In this document: one piece after another, positions 10,849-24,121 of the stretch
Layout of the letters: the number at the start of each line of letters is the position of its first letter
Numbering within the stretch: position 1 is the first letter of the stretch
The notes under the pieces: model-generated
The model's input: the letters and a program-made list of their open reading frames with translations, nothing else
The model's database searches: none
Told to the model about the DNA's origin: nothing
Position numbers and translations under genes: made by a program
Assembly: GCA_002104905.1 (NCBI GenBank)
Contig: MCFE01000048.1
Span: 132,825 to 196,824, forward strand
Source of the DNA: Basidiobolus meristosporus CBS 931.73
Taxonomy: Eukaryota; Fungi; Basidiobolomycota
Direction: 5' to 3'
DNA length: 64,000 bases

Positions 10849-12367
10849 TCACATGTGGACTGAGGTACGTAGGTGAAGGGGGAATGCTGGTGTGCCACGT
10901 CTGGTCTTGGCAACTCGAGTACCAGGAGTTCTGGGTACCTTTGCGTCAATCTTCTCTGTTTCTTCGTCGACAGCACGAAGCCCTTCTTCGTAGACTTGAA
11001 GCAGAAGCTCATTGTCTCTAATTCCTCGAACAATATCGTCTTCTTGAACATTCATGGATACCTTCCTCAGCATCTCACCTTTACTCTTACCAAGAATAAT
11101 AAGCCCCGTGGATTCGACCATATTTGTCAAGTCAAAAAACTCCGATCGAGTGACTGGAACGAAATATTTGTGGATGTAGCAGAGTGAGATGTAACGATCA
11201 TAAAGCTTCGAAGCAATTAGCCGGAGGAAACTATAGAGTTATTGGAAATTCAATATATACCGTCCCTAACGTCATCTCTGCCATCTTACTTTTACTAAAG
11301 AGCACACCGGCGAGTAAGACCAGCTTTTGTTGCAGATTTAAATCTTGAACTTTCTTCACGGAGGATGATCCTAGCATAGAATTCACTACTCTCATCACAT
11401 GCTTGATTGTCACCTTGGGCGCACTTGCTACCGTGCCAGGTTCTTTTCCGACGCTGTTCTTTTGCTCTAGCTCAACCATCTCGATCGCTTGCCGACAGAT
11501 ACTCAATGCCTTTCTAAGATCACCCGCTCCTGCAGCAACTTTACGAGCACAGAGCTCTATGGCTGATAACTGCATGATGGGCACTGACGGCTTCTTGCCC
11601 AGCCCATTCAGCTCGCTCATCGCGTCGCTACTGCAGAGCGATATCAGTCTGGTTTTGATAATGTCAATAATCTGTGATACTCGATAGGGATTGAAATTCA
11701 ATATCTGAGGCTCGCCTAGATATGATCATCAGATATTGAAACATGCATCGACTAAATATTCGAAACTTACAATTCTTCGCGCGTAATCGAGGCAAAAATC
11801 TGTCAGTCAAGTCCAATGCGTTTGCAATACCGATCAAAGCTAAATGTGCCTCCGGTAAGGTTGGCCATTCGAAAAGCTTGTACAAAACATCCTGGTCTTT
11901 TGTGAATAAGTGATCAATCTCATCTAATATAACAACGCTGGCCTGGGAGTTAGAACTGTGGGAGCTGCTGGAGCCTAAATTTATTATACTTACAACATAG
12001 TGGACCCTTGAAAAAACACCTTTTCTAAAGATTTCAAGGCATCCTTTGAACTCGCTTTGCCAGCCCCGGCCTCGTTTAGCAGTTTACTGTATATGGCTCT
12101 GGGGTCACTGATACTCATACAATTAATCTTGATGATTTCTACCTTGTGCTCAGCCTTCTCACACTCAAATTCTGTACACAGCTGGTTCAAAAGTGCTGTT
12201 TTCCCCGTGCCTGGACTACCAGAGATATAGAGACACCCAGGGCTACTTCTAACCACGTGTTCATACCAAAAGCGCATCAAAACCACTCGTTCTTCCTCTC
12301 TGCCTACGAGTTGGTGGGGCTTAGCTGAGCAACGAAATAGTGATTTGGCTTGCTGGTAGATAGACAT
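10849..12367 (-). CDS. CDC6: Cell division control protein 6 (AAA+), 4 exons
   Basis: LVGREEE, Walker A YISGSPGTGKT, Walker B VVILDEID, LIGIANALDLTDRFLPRL, FNPY, GDLRKAL, winged-helix tail. Donors at about 11993, 11770 and 11257. Confidence 0.9.
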
Positions 12368-12874
12368 GGCAATTTGAACCTTATAAGTGGTATCGCTCTA
12401 TTGCATTGACATGCAATTCGGTATTTAAATAAACCCAATGCTCAATTCGAAAGCAAAACAAATGCGCACCCATCACGTGCAGACGTATACAAAACCATAA
12501 AAGCATTCAAACAGTTCTATTTTTGAGAACGGCTCAATGCCTTGTTGATTCCAGCGTTTTACACTTTGGAGAATGATCTCTACAAGATCTAATCCAATCT
12601 GCTGTTCCAACTGACATGCACAGTTTTTTCGTAGCAAGTAGTAGTCTTGCAAAAGATAGCATATAGACAATAGTATCTTGAACGCATCAAATCAAAAGCC
12701 ACGTAGCCTTCTACTGGAATGCAGCATGTACTTCCGGATAACTCGCCGATCAAAAGAATAGATTCAATGACGCTTTATTATAGATGGTCGCTGGTTTTTG
12801 CTTACATAATAGACATCGATAAAGTCTGGACTGTTGATAAATTGGATCACAGATATATTTGTGAGCAATATGAT

Positions 12875-15800
12875 TCATGAAAAATCATTTAGTTGGTTCA
12901 ACACTTGAGCGAGAATATCCGAATAAGGATAGGAGTAGGCCTCCTGCAGATTACCATCGTGTTAGACATTCATTTTCAATCTAATCGATACGCACTCACC
13001 ATGATATTCTCGTATGAATTGTCTGAGCTGAGTCGGACTTTGAGTAAAGATCGACTGTATTTGCCACAAATAATAACATCAAACATGATGACACTATTTA
13101 AAGTTGCTAAATAGAAGGATATATAGATACAGTAGGTCTAACACCGAACCTCATCACCGCTTCCTCTATTCCGGCTGTCTCGCTCAGTCGCAACTAGTTT
13201 ACTACGTAAATAGACCTGTAACAAACTGACCAGTTCGAAATACCTTTGCATAGGCAATTGCCAAACTAACAAGCGTCTGTTCAATCAGTTAATATCTTGT
13301 TGGTATCAGTGAGAAGGATGAGCAACGCACTCTCATGGCATTTAGGCTCCCATCTTGTATGTAATTGTCAATCATGAACCTCCTGTAGGCCAGAAAATAT
13401 TTCTTGAGCAGATGTTCGCACTGTGGTGATAATCTTAATATATTTGGATTAGTTTTATGTGAATAATTGATTCATACAATAAGTCGACCTGGCATCTATC
13501 GTTCGTGCTAGTCGGATGAACTGGATTCATTGGTGAGAGTATGAATATTAAAAAATATATACTACATTACTTCGGAAAGCATCTTGAAATCATTCGGCCC
13601 GTTGGCAAGTGTTTGATACAATACGTCACTTAATAAGAAATCTGCAAGGAGTGCCTCCTGCTCACTAGTCATATAAACTGGTAATACTATAGGAAATAAA
13701 CTAATATAGAGGTAAATAGTGCGACTCAGAAAACGGGCGTACTCCGTTTACACATACTGGTTCAAGCAAAGAGAGGTGACATCGGAGCACTTCTATTACA
13801 AAATGAAGCTTGAGCAAACTGAGCCAAAGGATCCAACTATTGTTTACCTTTGGATTCTTCTGAGAGTTGGCTGTCTCGCAGGTAATTATGTTATCTGCAT
13901 AACTCCAAAAACATGTGTTTAAAGTGTTTGCACTTGAACCTCCGGTGTCGAGAGTCGAGTCACTCGAAAATACTGCGTAGGTTCCAGGGATAAATTAAAT
14001 CAAGTAGCTCTGTTGGTATTTGATATGTCTTACTTGAAGTCAAGAATGGGTAATCCTGTTGCTTGAGCACAGAATAATCAAACACTAATATCCCGTTTCT
14101 ACTGAGGGGGAAACAATCACCTATTATGGACATTCAGTTGTGTCCAGAGGAAGTATCTGTTGAATAAACATTAGATACATCAAAGAAAAACCATGCCATA
14201 CCACGCGATCGAAAAAGTTGATGAAACTTAACATCACTGGGCAGGGTGGCAAAATGCATAGAGCTAATAAAAGTGTGAGGATGTATCTTATAAAGAGTAG
14301 CCTATAGCTTAAACTTACGGAGAATATGTTGACGCATACTTCAGAAACCTTTGTAAAGCAGGTATTCGGCCATAGGTTATGGCGAGAATATTGAGTTTGT
14401 ATCCACCCTGGTCACCGGATTCAGATATACTAGAGCCTGCTAAAGCCAGACTAAAACCCATATGAGCACCAAATAAATTAGGATAGATGCTATGGATGCT
14501 ACCTCAAAAGTAATGACATCTTTAGTGTTCGCCAAAGTGACTCAGGAAGCATACCTCCTATAACCTGAGTCAATATTGTGGACATTCTAAACTCGCGACG
14601 GCTCTACCTGAGAATCTATCTATGATATACTGCGAGTATGTCCAAATATCAAACTTCTTAATTTTGTCGAGTATACCGGGATCGCAAGTTGGGCCTTGTG
14701 GGATGAATGTGCCATGTGGCCTCCAGCTTTCCTGTATTGTGGGGGAGTAGTTCTTATAAAGCCTTGAAGCATCGCCAACCCGCTATGTAATAGAGAAATT
14801 GGATCCGTGGCAAAACTATATGATGGAGAGAGTAGGCTTACATATTCCAATAAATGATAACCGTAAACCTAGCAGCTACAGTCTCAGTAACTCTATAATA
14901 CTAGCATCTGGATACACATTGATCTTACTGAGAAATAAATATTGTTGTCTAGGGCTTTGCTTTGACGTTCAGCTACCAAGTTAGATCTCCCTGAGTATAA
15001 GGTCAAGTGAGCATGTTATGATGTCTGAAGATACCACAGGGGTTCGTTCTCTGCACTAGTCCTATCGCTTCGATAGCATCTCCTTTGTGTAAGCTATTCA
15101 CCATCTCCCCTTTAATTGCGAGATTTAGTAAGCTAGCCTTGGTAATAACAGAGGTTCTAAATATACCACGAAGTTTCAAATTAATCCGATTAAAATAGCA
15201 TGTATTTGTGTCTGCCAGAAGATTTTGAAGTACGACAATTTGTATTTCTACATTCATGTTGAAAATTTTGGGCAAAGAATACACTCCATACGATTTCCAT
15301 AATTACCCAAGTAGGTTCGGTCGTTTGCTAACTCGGACATTTGCTTTTGGCAGGTTAAACAAATCTTGTTGATATGTTTAGCGCTATTTCTGAACGGATT
15401 GTAAGTTAATACATAAACCAGTGTTCTGATCAAAACCGAGCTCAACAAACGTGTTTACTACTTCAATAACAGTGTTCAAGTTGGATCGTCTGGTAACCTT
15501 GTATTCGTTTCCAACATATGCAATATGGATTCGGTTTTGACTATCGCATCCAGAATTGGTACATTTATAGATCTGATTAACTCTGGAATCCCATTTTAGC
15601 ACATAATTATGGCAAGCGAACACATGTAAACCAACAATCTTTGATCTGTATTCTTAGTTTCAACGATGACACCAGAGATCTGAACGAATTCGCTTCTTGT
15701 GATGCTTTTTGTGGATTGAAGTTGTAAGAGACACTTTGATGGAGAATCGAGGTGACGCCTAAATTGAACTTAGCAACATTAACATGTATTTAGTATGAAG

Positions 15801-16593
15801 AAAAGACATACTCCACAAAAGAGGGGAGGTATTCTAGTTGGATTTCTAAATATAATTGCTCCAAAGATACTTTTTGTTCGAATTGATTTTGGAATAACTC
15901 CAAGCAAACACTGGATAGTAAACCCAAGAGATTGTTTTGGAATCCGCCTAAAAATTCTTGACCCAACTGAACTATTGGATCCATTGGCATCACTCACTGA
16001 CAGTCGCTTAGGAATTCAGACGATACATACCATCATGGTGTATGAGCTTCAAAGGGTCGATTTTCAAGCGAACAAAGTACTGGGAAAACACGCCACTATC
16101 CTAGCAGTCAAAATTATTTTTGCATAAGCTACCAGATTTACAAATGCGGTATGAAGGCATACCTCGGCTTTTCGTCTCTTTGAGGATATTAGAGTTTCAG
16201 CCAATGCAGCTTCGTGGTACTTCAATATATCTACCAACTATTAGAATCTAGTACGACGTGGAAGTCCAGTCTAGATAGTTCATACAGCATTTTAGATGAT
16301 TTCTGCGCACACTTTCAGGCTCATTGGAACCTGGATAAACATCGAGATTTGACCACAATCCTCTTGGCATTTCTATATTTACGCATTGAGTATCATTCTT
16401 CACATTGTCCACGTTTGGTAGCTGCATGTGTAACAAATCAAACAATTATTAAGAAGCACTCACACAAGGCCCCTGTCTGAAAAACTTGGAATTGAGATAC
16501 CTTATATCCCCCAACACTATCACACATTGGATCCGTGGAGTCAAATAGACTTCGTAGGCTAAAACGGTCGTTACTCTTTGGAGAGGAGTTCAT
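12875..16593 (-). CDS. MCMDC2: MCMDC2 / MEI-218-like catalytically degenerate MCM protein, many short exons
   Basis: Manually spliced peptides in MCM order: YFVRLKIDPLKLIHHD, LLSSVCLELF...YLPSF, FVQISGVIV, YKCTNSGC, CLTCQKQMSE, EMVNSLHKGDAIEAIGL, LPESLWRTLKMSLLL, LNILAITY...LQRFLKYA, TCFWSYAD, LSPQCEHLLKKYFLAYRRF, TLVSLAIAYAK, EEAVMSVIMF. They track my recollection of human MCMDC2. No GDPG.AKS, DEFDKM or SRFD motifs. Some exon edges uncertain. Confidence 0.8.
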
Positions 16594-17329
16594 GTCTACA
16601 CAGGTCGACTGTGAAAACGGGAAACGACCAATATATCGAAGCTACTGCGGAGAGAATAGGATAAATGCACGGTGAATGCATGGTGAACGCATATAAGCAT
16701 TGACTCGATAGATCTAATTTAGCTGTGAATTGGGAAGGAAGTGTACTACCCTTTTGCATAAAACCCAAACTGGGAAACAATCAAATGCCTTGAGATCAAG
16801 CATCAGTATATGCTATGGCAAAGGCCGGTCATGCGGCGAGCCGGTAATTATTGGCACTTGCGCAGGTTTGTATGTATAGGGATAAATCGGATAATAGAAG
16901 GTTAGTTATCGACAAGAGGACTAGCTTCATGAATATAGCACACCCAAGGAAGTGGACAGAGTAGGAGCCATCCATTCTGAAACTTCCTTTACTAGGTAGA
17001 ATCCTGTCCTAGAAACGATTCACATTTGGCTAGATGGGTGATCCCCTGTCCTCAAACTGAATTTAAAGGGGGCGGATTCTGGTACTTTATCAAGGCGCTC
17101 AAGGCAGACTTGTCAAACTCCAAGTAGCTATGCAGAGACTTGATATCAAGATCAATACATACAGCTGTGAACAGAAAAAGATAGATTGGTATGTACCCCG
17201 ATGTGCACTTTATTATTCTCGCACCCAGATAAGGTGCATAGAATGTTCATTCTATCAACACTGTGAACATTGCGAAAGTTTACTAAAGGCATTCCAAATC
17301 AATTCAATGCGTTGCAGATCATGATTCAT

Positions 17330-18214
17330 CTAGGGGAAATGTGAGAACACAAGTGATGTGGATACCGGCTGCTGGCCAGACGGCTGTATCCCGGAACTGA
17401 ATACCCTCGAACGCAAAAACATGGGGAAATGGGATCGGGAGTATAATCGAGGAATCTCATCCCTAACTGTTGGTGCTCTCTACCGTCCAACCTTGTGTCA
17501 CAATGACGATATCTTTCCAGAAATACTTTAGTGCAATCGACTCTGGATCCTTTTTCAGCCATAAATATCCTAAATTAAAGACTTGGGAGTGAGAAGGTTT
17601 CAGCAGAACCACAAGCATTTCCACTCAAAAATATCGTTCCTGTGGATAATTTAGCGAAAGCTCGATGCATAAGCTATTCAGAAAGGGAGAAAAATGCCCA
17701 GCAAAGTTCAATGAAGGTAACTTATATGCAGTACCACACACACTTTCTAAGGCCCATTCATGAATTCACGCGTGCATTTGAACCATGTCTACATGTTGGA
17801 ATCTTCACCGTCGGGTGCGGACTCAACGGCAACGGTACCGTGGCACGTATCTGATGAATATGCCTTCGACCCGGCTACTCTAAATGCAGTTTCCCGGACT
17901 CCAGTGCACATTCCAAATAGGGAGTTATGAATTATTACACATGCATCACTGGTACCAGATGTACATGCCCAGCTAGGAATCTTGCCAGCAGGGAAGAATA
18001 TTACTGAATTTTCAGAATTTCCGGTTTGGAGGTAAGCATTTGCATCTACAGGAAGAACCTGGGATGCCAATCTAACCTTCTTCGCAACCATTAATAGTAC
18101 AAATGCCTGAAGAGTGTCTAAGGGTTTGTCAACCATATATATATCATTCCGACGGGGGTAGTAATCAGTCGATTCACAATCAGAGAGATGAGGTTCTAGA
18201 CCCTTTTTGTACAA
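17330..18214 (-). pseudogene. Probable decayed gene, weakly 2OG-Fe(II) oxygenase-like
   Basis: A 141-aa ORF followed by a long frame with scattered stops containing YKL...AGHFSP and LVVLLKPSH. Family assignment is weak. Confidence 0.22.
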
Positions 18215-18755
18215 AGCTCGCTCCCTCGCACCTCAGTATAACCAGACCAGATGGCTCTTTGGATAAACAAGTACTATAATGGGTGATTTATTCTCCGTTC
18301 TCACCACTCAACCTGGGTTGCTTGCATCCATGATAATGGAAGTGCGCGAAAGGGGCCAGCACAAGTAATCTAATCGTTTTTGGAGGATTAATGAGGAATC
18401 ACTAAGACATCAGTTGGGCTTGTATAGCATCATTCGCTCATTAATTCCCTCTTAATGAAAATGATCCAGTCCATGTTCTACTCCTCACCGCTGCCTTTGA
18501 TTGGCCTTAGAGATGATCACACCCACTGGACCCTGGATCAATCATCAAATAAACGTTGCTCCTTGAAAAGCTGCCATCCATCGGACTATAAAGCGCGCGC
18601 TGCCTCCAACATACTGCCAAGATTGCATTTGTGACTCCACAACTGAGCACCATCACTTTTTCCATCCTAGTGATCTCTCCTCAACACGCTTCCTACCGCT
18701 ACAGCCACTTGATTCACCATTTCCACTCACTCGTCAACCCCCTGTATATCCAAGT

Positions 18756-20792
18756 ATGCTCTCCAACTACTCAGAAGAGCCTCCCACCAAAAAGCACCGC
18801 AGCATGATGCCTGGTAGCATATCACAGAACCCAGATCTAAACGAGATCTCTGGGAATTTCTTAGATCTCAGCAATCCAGCCTTTTCGTTCACGCAATCAT
18901 ACCCTCGAGAGTATGAGGACAGAATGACAAATATAGGCGCAGGCGATTTATCGACCAAAGATGACAGAGCCGAAGGCCCATTAGAAAAGGTGGATGTGGA
19001 ACCGTCCGACGGCATCGAACAGCTTCCAAGAAACGAGGACACCTCGGACTTCCATGAGGAATACGATGAAGCAACCAATCAGTCTAAAGAAGACACCAGT
19101 GAAACCAACACAGTAGCAAAGGATAGCTCCCTTTCCGCATCCAATTCCACCAAGAAACGCACCAGGGCCACGCCAGAGCAGCTTGCCATTCTGGAAGACG
19201 CGTTCATGACCAATACATCACCCAACAGCAAGGTCCGGGAGGCACTTGCCGAGCGTATCAAGATGTCAGAGAGGTCGATACAGATATGGTTCCAAAACCG
19301 ACGGGCCAAGGTCAAATTGATGCAAAAACGAACACACCTGCTACAGCAGGAAGCCATCAGTAGACAGTACTTCAATTCATGTATGCCCATGTTCTCCAAT
19401 GGGATCTACCCATTCGGAAGCAACGTGGGGTCTGGGATGTACGACAACAGCCGGTTTACCCCAATGATGGATATGGTGGGAAATCAGTGCGCCACTTCAC
19501 CAGGCTCCTATCAATACACTGTCGGCCCAAACTCTAATGCATCCCCCTCCTTGTTAATGCAATCAAAATCAGGTGAGTTTAGCTTTAATTTAGAATTGTT
19601 TGCTACATGGATTGGTATCTAAATGTGCCATGGATATATAGTTGCTATGATGAGGAGCATGTCTGCCCCCACCACTCCCAATGCACCACTAACCGATGGC
19701 ATCCACCTCTTTTCCTGTGACACACTTGGAGTTGGCACATGGAGACGCATGGCCATCACCAAGAATGATTTGCTCTGCTACTTCAACTTAAGTGAGAAAA
19801 AGATGTCTTGGCAGATCACCGACAACAGCAGCCGGTTTAAGATGGAGTTCCCCTTTTCAGCTGCGGCTAGTATTGAATACAAAGCTATGGATGCCATCTT
19901 TGGACAAATAATCATTGACATCAACCAAGTCCCTGAATTCTCGATGGAGGTGAAAGTTGGCGGCAATCCGATATGGACCGCTTGTCGTGATTTTACCGAA
20001 GGGAAACAAGCCTCAAGGTTCTTCCGACATGTCATACGCGGGCATGCGCAGCCGTTGAAGCGTCAACTCGTTACCCTGATGCAGGCTGACCTGAATTTGC
20101 AAAAAATCATCAGGATAGAGCAGCAATCTGGCATGCTTTCAAATGCTATTCCCATAGGGATGCCACAGCGACGTCAATCATTCCCTGACAAATCTCTATC
20201 GAGCAACTTCGAGGCCAACAGTGCAAGCATACTTGCAGCCAGGAGGGCCTCAGTGGATGAATACATGACAAGACGGGCTGTATCTGTCCCCATGTTGAAC
20301 ATGATGAACATGAATGGCTCATCAAGAGAGTCGTCACTCTCTGTAGACATGTACAATAACTTGATGACTATCAATGAGAGCGAAAACGAGGCCCCGGTGA
20401 GTGGCTACACCAAGCAAGGCTTCAAGGAAGTGGCGGTGAACAGCATTATTTCATCGAACTACAGCGAAAACGACCTGGCATCACAACTCTCAACAACCTC
20501 CGCCACTGCTACGGGTGTGGATATCCCAACAACGGATGCGCTGATGTTGACATCCCCACTTGACCTATATCAGAACCAAAGATATGATATGCTGTCGATA
20601 GCCTCCAGCATGGCCGTTCCTAGCTCTTTATCAACATCACTAGATGATAGCATGGTGCTGAATTCCATGTATCTCATGGATTCCGTCAAGCCAGTCAACC
20701 CTCTCGGTGAGAGCGAACTGAGTAATGGAATGCTGGGGCAAATGCAGTTTATATCCTCAGAGGGGTTTGATCCCAAGGAGGGGGCCCAATAA
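18756..20792 (+). CDS. Homeobox transcription factor (Hoy1/Phx1-like), 2 exons
   Basis: KKRTRATPEQLAILE...IQIWFQNRRAK homeodomain; intron 19573-19641 (GTGAGT...TAG) joins the two ORF-track pieces; downstream CDTLGVGTWRRM...FKMEFPF fungal domain. Confidence 0.9.
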
Positions 20793-21756
20793 GATTCCGA
20801 GAAGCCCTTTGTTACAAATCGTGGTTAGTTTTTTTGGATGGAACCGATTTTTTGATTGCATGTTATACCAGCCTTTTACAATGTAGAATAGTGTTTACTG
20901 TTTAATGCCCTGTTGCCAATCTATTATTCTATCATCTGCAGCTTCACGACGATCAGCTGGATTAAGCATCGCTGAATGTCTGCTGAAATATACCCTTTCC
21001 CCGAGTCAGCCAAACATTCTCTATAAATTATTCCCCTCATTATTGCAATTCATCAGTATTGGCGAGGATTACTATCCCTTCGCTGGGTGCTCCAGGATTC
21101 GGATCGGCCTATCGCCGAATGGTACTAAGCATCCGTGTTCCCAAGAATGGGAAATCACTATTGCCTGTGTGCTCAAGGTAGCACAGAAACAGATTATCAG
21201 ATAGGTTTCATTTCACACTGGAGGAAGTGAACCCACGCTGAGTCGACCACACATGCAAGGCACCTTTCAAATTGGGCCGCGCCATTCGGGCTTTTGTCTG
21301 GCACGCCTGCAGCTCTGTGGAAGAAGAATGTGGGAAAGAGCGGCATCCGGTAAGACGGGTTACCTTCCCTTACGTTTTTGGATTGCGATACGGATTCTTC
21401 TCACATGTGCAAACTCGCATTCCTGTTCAGAGATGGTTCCACAAACCTTTTCCTAAATTAAGTTCATACTAATGTTCTCACGTGAACTTCTATTCGTCAA
21501 TCCCAAGCAAGGCTGGGATGCAAAAAGATAGATGCTGATTACTCACGGTAATGTTCACTCATCCACGCAGCTAGAATCATGTACTACACGGTGAGAAAAT
21601 TCGCTGAAGCAGGTGACCAAACCATTGAGCGCTGGAATGTTGCGCCATTTATGTAAACATTACAGCTTTTTAGGCCTTTTCATAACAATGGCATCAGTCT
21701 ATAAATACGATCTACTGCTTTGCTTCAAATCACACATCTCAGCCCTTCTGCACATC

Positions 21757-23442
21757 ATGGTCAAGGTTGCCCTCTCAGCTCTTTTACTCGTATCCAGCGC
21801 ACTTGCCTTGGTTCCTGAGGTCAAAGCCGGACCAGGACCCATCAGCTGCGATGCCATCACCAACTCCACACTGAGCATCCACGAGCGCGTTGCCCGCTTC
21901 CAACCCGCGAATTTGAGTGCCGACCTTACTGGGTTTTCCAAACGCGAGCTTCTGGCTATATCGAAACTCCAGAAGGTTGCTCACATCATGGACAGACTCT
22001 ACCTTCGCCAAGCCTGGTCGAAGAATGAAGAGCTACGCAACTGCCTGGAGAAGAAGAAGGACAAGGATCTGCTTCAGTTGTTTGACCTTTTCAAGGGCCC
22101 ATGGGATAGAATCGCCGATAACGAGCCTTTCATCCAAGGCGTTCCTGGCCATCTAACCAACGCAAACTTCTATCCTGAGGACATGACTAAGGAGGAATTC
22201 GAGACCTGGGTCGCCACCCTATCCCCAGCCGACCAGAAGAAAGCTAAGGGCTTCTACCACGTTATCCGTCGTGATAGCCAAAAGAAACTGACCTTAGTCC
22301 CTTACTCAAGAGAATACCGAGACTTACTTATCCCTGCATCAATTCTCATGCAGGAGGCTGCCCTATTGGTTACCGACGCATCTCTCAGGAAGTTTCTGTC
22401 TCTTCGTGGAAAGAGCTTTATCACCAACGAATACATCGAAAGTGAGCTTGCCTGGTTGAAGATCAGCCCGGAGAGCAAATTGGAGATCACCGTAGGGCCC
22501 TACGAGACCTACACCGATGGCTTGAATTCCTACAAATCCGCCTTCGAGATGTTCATCCATGCCCGCGACTTCGCGTCCTCCAGCCTCCTTCAGAAGTTCG
22601 AGCAGTCGCTCGCCGACGTCGAGGCCCAGCTGCCCATTCCTGATAACTACAGAAACAAAAACCTCAAGGCCACCCCAATCGTTGTTGTCAACGAATTGTA
22701 CAATGGCGGTGACGTTGCCGTTCCTATGACCGCCGCATACAACCTGCCCAATGACGAGGACGCGATTGCCCAGGGCGGCTCCAAACTAGTCATCATCAAG
22801 AATGTCCAGGAACAGAAGTTCGCCTACACTTTAAAGCCCATCGCTGAAACCGTCATTGCTCAGGATCAGCTGAAGGATGTCAACTTCGACGCTTTCTTCA
22901 ACCACGTACTTCTCCACGAGGTCTCCCACTCCAATGGACCTCACCTCACTGTCGGCGGTAGCCCAGTCCCCATCAGATCGAAGCTCCAAGAGTTGCACTC
23001 CACCTTGGAAGAGGCCAAGGCTGACATCACCGGATTGTTCGCAGCCAAGTATCTTTCCGGCAAGGGATTATTCCCCAACATCACAATGGAAAGCTTCTAC
23101 ACCACCTTCCTTGCCAGCTCCTTCCGTTCCATTCGCTTTGGTCTGAACGAGGCCCACGGTCGCGGCCAGGCTGCCCAGTTGAACTATCTGATCGAGAAGG
23201 GCGGTTTCAAATATGATGCTACCGCCGACAAGTTCAGCGTCGATTTCACCAAGATTGAGGAATCGGTCACCTCGCTGGTAAAAGAGATCATGACCATTCA
23301 AGGTGATGGCGATAAGCCTAAGGCCACCACCTTCTTGAATACCTATGGTGTTATCAAGGATCATACTGCCAAGGCCCTTGAGAAGTTGAAGAGTGTCCCA
23401 ACCGACATCCAACCTGTCTGGGCTCTGGACAAGAAGCAATAA
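21757..23442 (+). CDS. Secreted peptidase family M49 (DPP III-like, HEXXH type), intronless
   Basis: Signal peptide MVKVALSALLLVSSALA, GPYETYTD, AYNLPNDE, zinc motif HEVSH, EEAKAD, FRSIRFG, HGRG. Strong C-ending codon bias; TATA-like box at about 21700. Confidence 0.88.
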   Translation: MVKVALSALLLVSSALALVPEVKAGPGPISCDAITNSTLSIHERVARFQPANLSADLTGFSKRELLAISKLQKVAHIMDRLYLRQAWSKNEELRNCLEKKKDKDLLQLFDLFKGPWDRIADNEPFIQGVPGHLTNANFYPEDMTKEEFETWVATLSPADQKKAKGFYHVIRRDSQKKLTLVPYSREYRDLLIPASILMQEAALLVTDASLRKFLSLRGKSFITNEYIESELAWLKISPESKLEITVGPYETYTDGLNSYKSAFEMFIHARDFASSSLLQKFEQSLADVEAQLPIPDNYRNKNLKATPIVVVNELYNGGDVAVPMTAAYNLPNDEDAIAQGGSKLVIIKNVQEQKFAYTLKPIAETVIAQDQLKDVNFDAFFNHVLLHEVSHSNGPHLTVGGSPVPIRSKLQELHSTLEEAKADITGLFAAKYLSGKGLFPNITMESFYTTFLASSFRSIRFGLNEAHGRGQAAQLNYLIEKGGFKYDATADKFSVDFTKIEESVTSLVKEIMTIQGDGDKPKATTFLNTYGVIKDHTAKALEKLKSVPTDIQPVWALDKKQ

Positions 23443-23681
23443 CCTAATGCAACCATGCCATCGTGTAATTCACTGATCATTTTGAAAAGGGATCATACTT
23501 GGGCTAACCTCGCCCTAATAAACTTTTTTGGTTTAAATTGGATTTAAAAGTTCGCATGGCCCCAATCCGATTGGGCTAGTTGTTACCGAGGTGATCAAAA
23601 CACCTGGCTGCTTGACCACTCGAATTGTTAGGATTGCACTTGCGCAGAAATCACCTTTTGAACTTGCATAGCCAAGACACC

Positions 23682-24121
23682 ATGACACAAATTATTGTTA
23701 CAGTTGGTAAGTGGGTTTCCAAGCACTTCGTACCCGTCCATTTTGCTTTAACAAAAAGGCCAACGTAGTCGAGGCTCGGAATCTGAAGAACGCCGATCTC
23801 TTTGACAAAATCAACCCTGTTGTCAAAATCTACACTGGCCGTGGCTTTACCAGCAAGGGGAAAACCAGCGTTCGCAATAATGACGCCAACCCAACTTGGA
23901 ATGAATCGTTCAGCCTTAAGTTTGACAACAGTCACCACGAACTCCACGTGGAGCTTCGTGACCGCAAAATGAACGGCCTTGACAAAGACAAAGTCGGCAC
24001 CGCCATCATCTCCCTGGCTCCGCTGGCAACCTCTGGGAGCATGGATTCCTGGCATTTGCTCACGAGCAAGCATGGCAAGTCAGTTGGCGAAATCCATCTG
24101 GCAATAATGTCACAAAACTGA
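23682..24121 (+). CDS. Small stand-alone C2-domain protein, copy 1
   Basis: MTQIIVTV|VEARNLKNADLFDKINPVV...NPTWNESF; intron 23707-23768. Confidence 0.85.

Noticed and set aside
21699-23439. Overlapping ORFs within the M49 peptidase and homeobox genes
   Set aside because: Shadow frames caused by codon bias, with no domain signal.
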